From contig NIVC01004973.1 in assembly GCA_002269645.1 (NCBI GenBank), positions 1 through 29,754 of the forward strand: 29,754 nt of DNA. The letters run 5' to 3'. The notes below the pieces were generated by a model that saw only the letters and a list, made by a program, of their open reading frames with translations, had not been told where the DNA came from and did not search any database. Source of the stretch: Macrostomum lignano. Taxonomy: Eukaryota. Positions 23,501-29,754 of this stretch are shown piece after piece. The translations under genes and the position numbers were made by a program. Position 1 is the first letter of the stretch. The number at the start of each line of letters is the position of its first letter.

Positions 23501-25698
23501 GGCCGCTCTCGATCTCCAATTAGCGGACGCGCCGGCAGCGCCAGAAGCCGATCGAGGCAGCGTCAGCAGCACGGCCGACCGTCTACTGATCAGCGCCGGA
23601 GCGCCGGTAGCGATCGTCGACGCGGTAGCGCCGACGGCGCCGGTAATATTAGTAGAGTCCCCAGTGCTTTGCAGGGTGATCGGCGACGGTCCAGCGGCGG
23701 CAGTCGGGACCGCAATAACCGAGGACGAACTGCCAGCAGTCGGGATCGGGACAGTCGGGCGCGGACAGGAACAAGTCGGGACAGACTTGCCGAGGCGCAT
23801 CATCAGCATCGACCTGGCGCTCACACGTCTGCCCGGTCTAATCCTCCGCGAGAGCGGCGCACCTCGATGGAGAATAGCGGAATCCGGCGCCAAGCTGGCG
23901 CTCCTAGTTCCGGCGCTAGAAATGCACTGCTTGGCAGCGACCATTCGGCCAGCGCTAAAGGCGTCCGAGAAGACGATTTGCGTCACCTTTTGGCTGCCAG
24001 GGACGCCAAGAAGGCCGCAGAAGACGAGAAAGTGCGCCTAGAACGCGAACGCCGCCAACTAGAAGAATGGAAGAGGCGCGAAGAGGCGCGCACCCGCGAA
24101 AAGTTCGAACAGATGCAATACCTATTGCAAAAAGAGAAGGCCAATCTGGAGCGCGAGAAGCAAGAAATGAAACGTGAACAAGAGCGAGCTCTGATTGAAG
24201 AGAAACGCCGACTGGAACGGGAGAAAGAAGAGTACAGACGAATGAAGGAGCACCTGGAGGCTGAGCGACGCCAGCGCGAGGAGCGCGAGCGACGTGAACG
24301 GGCCGAACGTGAGGCGCGCGAACGCTGGGAGCGCGAGCGGAAAGCGCGCGAAGAGCGAGATCGACGCGAACGCGCCGAACGCGAGGCGGCAGTCGTGGCC
24401 GCTGCTAAAGAGCGCGAACGCGTCGAACGAGAGCGCGCCGAACGCGAGCGACAAGAGCGCGCTGAACGGGAGGCGCGCGAACGCCACGATCGAGAGGCGC
24501 GCGATCGAATGTCTAGGAAGCGCAACTCTAGCCGCGAGCGGGACGATCGTAAGCGATCAGCCTACGATTCGAGAGGAGGAGGCGGCGGCGGCTCCCGTCG
24601 GGATGGCGAGCGCGACAGAAGTCGGGATTATCACGGTGGCCAGGAGCAGCGCCAGCATAGGTAATGCAAAGTAATTTCGATCGCAAAAGTCAAAGGCACA
24701 GTGTGTTGCGGTCAGCACGGTCCACAGACCCGCGCGGCTTTGGGAATTTTGCCAGTGGTTTCTTAAAGCATTTTTAAACTTGCTTTTAACTAGACTCTTC
24801 AGAAAAGGTGTTCAGCATCGGAGTCCGTCGGCCTCTTCGACTATATCAAGCCTGATGCATGCATGCTGTTATGTTGGGTGAAACTGAAATTATTATTGTC
24901 AGTGTTTGAGTTATATACTGAGTATTATTGCTTCCTTCATGAGGGTTTTTCCACAGCTACTCAGCTAATTTTCGTGTAGTGTAAAGTACTATGATAAGAT
25001 AATTAATAAATATTTATCGTTAGGCATGCACAATTTACTGTAGTTTAGGGACTGGCCCTCAAGGGTGTTAATTGCACTGGGAATCGAGCCTGGGCCGCTG
25101 CGCTGGCACATCAGAGCGCCGCCTCCTTGGCTGATGTACAAAACGGCTACGACTGAATTTGTTTTCATAACAAAAAATAGCTTAAACCTTTCCTTCTTGC
25201 TACTGGACTGATAGTACTAAGAGTTTATTGCCATTTTATTACTATAGCCGAGGCCGCCAGCCCGAGCCAGATCAGCAGTCGCAGCGCTACTATCACCGCG
25301 GCGAGCCTCAGCGTCAGCATCAGCGAGGCGCTGGCGGTCATCATTTCTCTGCTCAGCAGCCGCAGCAGCCTAGCGGGCCAACCCTGGCCTGGACTGGCGG
25401 CAGCGGAGCAGCTGGTAGCTTAATTGGCGCCCACCTGCCTACAGCTCCAACTTTGCCCACTGGCATTGCCGGCGTCAGCTCCGCCCGGCCGCCGCAGCCG
25501 CCCCAGCTGCCGCCGCATCATCTGGCGCATCATCATCATCAGCCTCCACCGTCTGCAGCGGCGGCCTACATGTCTGGCCGGGTTGCTATGCCTGGTGCTG
25601 GCGGTTCAACCGGCTCTGGATCGGGCGGCGGTGCGCCAATGTTCCTTGGCGGATCGGCTAGTCACGGCTACGACGTGTCCTCTTCGAGGCGATTTTGA
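14527..25698 (+). CDS. SAFB: Scaffold attachment factor B / SLTM-like protein (SAP domain, acidic linker, RRM, Glu/Arg-rich coiled region, Gly-rich tail), 941 aa
   Basis: Exons 14527-14640, 21188-21245, 21350-21447, 21554-21575, 21678-22041, 22134-22192, 23001-24660 and 25248-25698 have compatible phases and total 2826 nt. SAP: [84 protein letters not shown]. Confidence 0.9.
15776..16368. mobile_element. 593-bp MITE with CCCTA..TAGGG termini nested in the GG element
   Basis: Imperfect ~33-bp TIR (CCCTATTGGAATAAATGTTAAAAATCCGCGGACG) and a perfect 8-bp TSD TCTGGTGT (15768-15775, 16369-16376). CpG-rich ends. Confidence 0.88.
16511..16933 (+). CDS. PHD-finger (C4HC3) ORF carried by the GG-ended transposon
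   Basis: YPCVVC..IECSQCLNWQHRAC..FWLCNQC has PHD ligand spacing. The 3' end is uncertain (possible donor GTAACT near 16708). Confidence 0.75.
   Translation: MAGAYPCVVCLQPFCDGQEAIECSQCLNWQHRACDSRVTINQYSAMRNVGEFFWLCNQCNRRAPAGNLAVSQAADAAVVHVQAPNSGPAAVPLPAENPEPVHLISAQAENFLYYFTIFTIFNSMTRPSHMGAPRPPCSFQ
17150..17350. repeat. GA-rich polypurine low-complexity tract
   Basis: Almost pure A/G on the + strand. Confidence 0.8.
17401..18155 (-). mobile_element. 5'-truncated RTE-like non-LTR retrotransposon fragment
   Basis: End of a reverse transcriptase and C-terminal region (LDRLVAVAASVDLVVNMQKT..LVYLGS..IETILLYNAETWTLT..RRRRLQLAGHVIR) with an in-frame TAG near 17856, a 3' (TTG)n tail at 17401-17420, and TSD TTTGTTTG (17393-17400, 18156-18163). 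Confidence 0.9.
18200..18322. repeat. 15-bp tandem repeat AGAGAGGCTGAGAGT
   Basis: About 6 degenerate copies. Confidence 0.8.
18500..18910. repeat. GA-rich polypurine low-complexity tract
   Basis: Strongly A/G-biased + strand. It explains the Leu/Ser and Arg/Glu pseudo-ORFs. Confidence 0.8.
20309..20615 (-). mobile_element. MITE, CATACATGC family, copy 3 (inverted, CpG-eroded)
   Basis: Termini CATACATGCCCAAC / GTTAGGCATGTATG and a perfect 8-bp TSD ACCAAAAT (20301-20308, 20616-20623). Aligns to copies 1 and 2 in reverse orientation. Confidence 0.88.
22555..22830. repeat. Degenerate ~100-bp tandem repeat, 2-3 copies, in SAFB intron 6
   Basis: Recurring TTGTGGTAATAAT..CAAGTTTCCACAGCTC blocks. 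Confidence 0.55.
25040..25135 (-). mobile_element. Degenerate tRNA-derived SINE-like fragment
   Basis: The minus strand reads ..CCAGCGCAGCGGCCCAGGCTCGATTCCCAGTGC with a B-box-like GGCTCGATTCCC, but no complete cloverleaf. Confidence 0.35.
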
Positions 25699-26269
25699 AC
25701 TGATTGCTATAATTACTATTTTATTAACTACTAATTCATATTGGTTTCAAATGCGTCAAAGTTTTCCTAACATCTGTTTAGTTAGCAGTTACCGGTCTGA
25801 CATTGAGGCAAACTAAAAATAATATCTCCTAGACTAGCACTTATATCCCCTATTCTAAAGACATGGATTGTCTGCTTGCGTCAACATTAGTATCTTACTA
25901 TCTTTAGTTTTTATGTTCGTTTCCCAGCATCTATAATGTTGTGTTTGTAATGTTGCCGTTATAAACCTATATGCGCTTGTGTGTTGACTAATAATTCAAA
26001 TATTTCTATGTTGCTAATGCAGTATATCGACCGATTTCAATTAATAGTACAACTTTCTGTATCCGAGGCTGTTACGAGTTGTAACCAACTGTGTTTCTTT
26101 AAATAAGAGTTTTCTAATTTATATTTAGTAGCTAGTAGTAAAATATAGTTTTCAGTTCGGGGTTCGGAGTGTTAACTTAACGCCCATGAGGGCCAATGGC
26201 TGTAGCACAGAGTGAGTGCATGTCTGAGAGATGATGCTTTTCAACATCGGAGTCTGGACACAGTAGTAA

Positions 26270-26670
26270 ACAGTGGAGTCAGTAGACAGTGGAGTCAGTA
26301 GACAGTAGAGTCAGTAGACAGTAGAGTCAGTAGACAGTGGAGTCAGTAGACAGTGGAGTCAGTAGACAGTGGAGTCAGTTGACAGTGGAGTCAGTTGACA
26401 GTGGAGTCAGTTGACAGTGGAGTCAGTAGACAGTGGAGTCAGTTGACAGTGGAGTCAGTAGACACAATAGTCAGTAGACAGTGGAGTCAGTAGACACAAT
26501 AGTCAGTAGACAGTGGAGTCAGTAGACACAATAGTCAGTAGACAGTGGAGTCAGTAGACACAATAGTCAGTAGACGGTAGTCAGTAGACACAATAGTCAG
26601 TGGACATTAGATCATGTAGACGCTGTAGTGGACATTAGATAATGTAGACGCAGTAGTGGACATTAGAGTC
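26270..26670. repeat. 16-bp minisatellite AGTAGACAGTGGAGTC with variant blocks
   Basis: About 20 copies, decaying at the 3' end, between SAFB and LATS. Confidence 0.95.
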
Positions 26671-26824
26671 AGTAGTAAGTAGTCACTGTCATGACCCCAG
26701 AACAACAGAAGGTCGACTGCATTTGTGACCCTAACTGCTGCCTGCCTTTCATAGAAGGACTTAGAAAAATGAAAATTATAGAATCTCATTCTCATAGTAA
26801 GCTAAAGTTTCATGTCGATTTCAG

Positions 26825-28797
26825 CAGACCGACGCCGCTTCCGCCGCTGTCGGCAATCAGCCGCCGCCGCCGCTGCCGCCGCGTCGAATCCGGCCGGCAT
26901 TGGCGGCCGCTGTGCAGACTAGGCCGCCTGTGGTACTGCGCACCGTGTGCAGCCGGGAGATACCCAGGCCCACTGCTTTCCGAGCCGAGCCTGTCGCTTC
27001 TGTTGCCGCGCTGCCGCTGCCGCCGGCGGCGCCGCACCGGTCGTGGTTACCTCGGCAACCGGGTCCGTAGCTACGGCGAATTCTTCGCCAAGCTCGGCAG
27101 TGGGTCCGCCAGCTTATCCTACAGCATGGTTTGCCGCCACAGCTGCTCCAGTGTCTGCTACTGTTGTGTCAGCTACTTCGTTAACCTGCTTGCCTAGCTA
27201 TGTGCAACAACAGCAACAGCAGCTGCAGTTCCAGCAGCAGGTGCCTGTGCAGTTTCTCATGCAGTACCGGCAGCAACAGCAGCAGCAGCAATTCCAACAG
27301 TATCGCCCAATCAATGCGCCCGCAGCCCCGGCGCCGCCGCCGCGCACTGCCAGACGCAGCTCCTTAATAGGTAGCAATAATGTGAATTTAGCCAGCGCCG
27401 CTCTGTCTTCGTCGGGAGGCGGCGGCGCGGCGGCGTTGGTGGCGCAGTCCAGCCAGTGTTTTATTCGCCGACATTATCCACGCCGGGGGGCATCGGCGAC
27501 ACCGGCACTATGATTGTTCGTTGCAGCTCTTTAGGCGCTTTGAATACGTCAACTTCTTCGTCGGCTGAGGCAGCCGCAGTAGCCGATAGTAGTCGACGCC
27601 GGCCTCGGCTTGTTGAACAGCAGCAGCAGCAGCAGGCTCTCGCTGGCGCTACTGGCGGCGGCAGCGACGTTGCTAGCCTCACCGACACTGACAGTCAGGT
27701 TGGCGGCGACGATCTCGGGCCTCTAGAATCGCCTGGCTCGCCGCCGCCGATGTCAACAACACCGTTGACTCAACCGTTGCAGCAGCAGCACGAGGCTTCT
27801 CTACACCAGCTGCCCCAGTCGCAGCAGCAGCATCAGCAGCGATCTGCATCAACTATTAGACACGTGCCCGCAGCCGCTTGTAAATTCTATTTGGAGCATC
27901 ATTTCGAAAATCTGATGAAGCATCATCACGAGAGAATTAAACGGCGACAGAAACTAGAAGAAGAGATGAATAAGGTGCGTATAAATCATAACGTTATGTC
28001 ACAGTAACCCTTAGTAACCCATCGTAAGCGTGAATGGCGCCACGGACCCCGACCCCCCTAAAAAGAATCAACAATAAAATGCAGTTACGCACAGGATTCG
28101 AACCTCCGAGTTTTGTTTAGAGATTTATCCGAAACTCGATTTTTACCAATTCTTTTCCACAGGCTGTAGCCGAGTGGTTAGAGTATCGGACTCACGACTG
28201 AAAGGTCGGGGTTTGTTCCCGACCCAGTTGGACCAATTTGTGTCCTTGAGCAAGACATTTAACCCTGCATTGCTTCAGTTCATCCAGCTGTAAAATGGGT
28301 GCCAGCATTGGCTGGGGTAATTGAGGGTGTGTGTGGCGACCCCAGTCCTTGAACTGAACAGCCGTACGCAGCATTTAGATGCGCCGCGCCATAGCTGTCG
28401 GTTGCACATCTGCCCCATTAGAATAATGGGGGTAATTAATAAATAATTATTATATACTATTTTGTTATTATAATCCCAATATTCCCAGGTGAAGCTAAGC
28501 GAGCAAGCTCAAGAGCAGCTTCGCCAGCTGCTCAGCATGAAGGAGAGCCGGCATTTGCGGATGAAGCGGAGCAAATTAAACGTTGGCATGTTTCACAAGC
28601 ACGCTCTGTTGGGCGTCGGAGCATTTGGCGAAGTTCCTGTGGTGCGCAAGAAAGACAACGATCAATTGTACGCTATGAAAACTTTGCGCAAATCGCAGGT
28701 GGCGCTGCGCAATCAGGCGGCTCACGTCAACGCCGAGCGGGACATTTTAGGCGAAGCTGACAACGAGTGGATTGTGAAATTGTACTATAGCTTTCAG
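26825..28797 (+). CDS. LATS: LATS/Warts NDR-family Ser/Thr kinase, 5' portion (continues beyond the window), with two apparent -1 frameshifts
   Basis: Exon 26825-27974 contains PPVVLRTVCSREIPRP (resembles a conserved LATS N-terminal block), PPAY (PPxY) and CKFYLEHHFENLMKHHHERIKRRQKLEEEM. Exon 28489-28797 contains KESRHLRMKRSKL..LGVGAFGEV..YAMKTLRKSQV..AERDILGEADNEWIVKLYYSFQ. The frame changes near 27009 and 27453. Start codon unresolved. Confidence 0.9.
28162..28455 (+). mobile_element. tRNA-derived SINE with CORE domain in a LATS intron
   Basis: tRNA-like head (TAGCCGAGTGG A box, degenerate B box GGTTTGTTCCC), then TGTGTCCTTGAGCAAGACATTTAACCC..CTTCAGTT..CAGCTGTAAAATGGG resembling the MIR/CORE consensus, then an AT-rich tail. 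Confidence 0.8.
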
Positions 28798-28844
28798 GTG
28801 AGTCTGATTCGCCGGATTGTTTGTTTCATTCGCAACTATTTGTT

Positions 28845-29720
28845 TCATTCGCAACTATTAGATCTCTAATCTATAACTATTCGATCTCTAATCTAACTAT
28901 TCGATCTCTAATCTATCAACTATTCGATCTCTAACCCATCAACTATCGATCTCTAATCATCAACTATTCGATCTCTAATCTATCAACTATTCGATCTAAC
29001 CATCAACTATCGATCTCTAATCATCAACTATTCGATCTCTAATCTATCAACTATTCGATCTCTAATCTATCAACTATTCGATCTCTAACCATCAACTATT
29101 CGATCTCTAATCTATCAACTATTCGATCTCTAATCCATCAACTATTCTATATCTCTAATCCATCAACTATTCGATCTCTAACCCATCAACTATTCGATAT
29201 CTCTAATCCATCACTATTCGATCTCTAATCTATCAACTATTCGATCTCTAACCCATCAACTATCCGATCTCTAATCTATCAACTATTCGATCTCTAATCC
29301 ATCAACTATTCTATATCTCTAATCATCAACTATTCGATCTCTAACCCATCAACTATTCGATATCTCTAATCCATCAACTATTCGATCTCTAATCTATCAA
29401 CTATTCGATCTCTAACCCATCAACTATCCGATCTCTAATCTATCAACTATTCGATCTCTAATCCATCAACTATTCTATATCTCTAATCCATCAACTATTC
29501 GATCTCTAATCCATCAACTATTCGATATCTCTAATCCATCAACTATTCGATCTCTAATCTATCAACTATTCGATCTCTAACCCATCAACTATCCGATCTC
29601 TAATCTATCAACTATCGATCTCTACCATCAACTATTCTATATCTCTAATCCATCAACTATTCGATATCTCTAATCCATTAAATTCAACCTTTCTAATCCA
29701 TGAACACTATTTGATCTCTA
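28845..29720. repeat. ~23-bp minisatellite CTATTCGATCTCTAATC(C/T)ATCAA in a LATS intron
   Basis: Over 30 copies with length variants, starting just after the donor at 28798. Confidence 0.95.
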
Positions 29721-29754
29721 ATCCGTCAGCAACTCGACATAAAGTATACTTTTC

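Noticed and set aside
23221-24674. Antisense and alternative-frame ORFs over SAFB exon 7
   Set aside because: By-products of the GC-rich Arg/Glu repeat coding sequence.
26691-27197. 168-aa ORF MTPEQQKVDC.. as the LATS N-terminus
   Set aside because: Runs through AT-rich intron-like sequence and then reads Arg/Cys-rich out of frame. At most its first 7 codons may be a real exon.
28162-28235. Functional tRNA gene
   Set aside because: Degenerate B box and acceptor stem, followed by a CORE domain, so it is a SINE head.
26270-29720. CRISPR-like reading of the 16-bp, 21-bp and 23-bp arrays
   Set aside because: Head-to-tail units with no unique spacers, no cas genes, and a eukaryotic intron/intergenic context.

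Overview
Eukaryotic (metazoan) genomic DNA with spliced genes, not prokaryotic. The style (GC-rich Gln/Ala/Ser exons, AT-rich introns, many minisatellites) resembles an invertebrate such as the flatworm Macrostomum, but that is only an inference from composition. I assembled four host genes by hand from GT-AG junctions: (1) a small secreted Ser/Gly-rich protein with repeated W-x-x-W motifs and basic cleavage sites, built from phase-1 micro-exons (minus, 2219 to 38; not in the ORF track); (2) SYAP1/Sap47, a BSD-domain protein (minus); (3) SAFB/SLTM with SAP, RRM and Glu/Arg-rich regions (plus, 8 exons, 941 aa); (4) the 5' part of a LATS/Warts kinase with two apparent -1 frameshifts. At least seven DNA-transposon or MITE insertions were found, most with readable target-site duplications (TSDs). 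They include a four-level nest in SAFB intron 1: MITE > GG-ended element carrying a PHD finger > second MITE plus RTE-like LINE fragment. A CORE-type tRNA SINE and several minisatellites are also present. The most unusual signals are the micro-exon secreted precursor, a domain of near-total CpG loss with CG>TA changes, and the PHD-carrying transposon.
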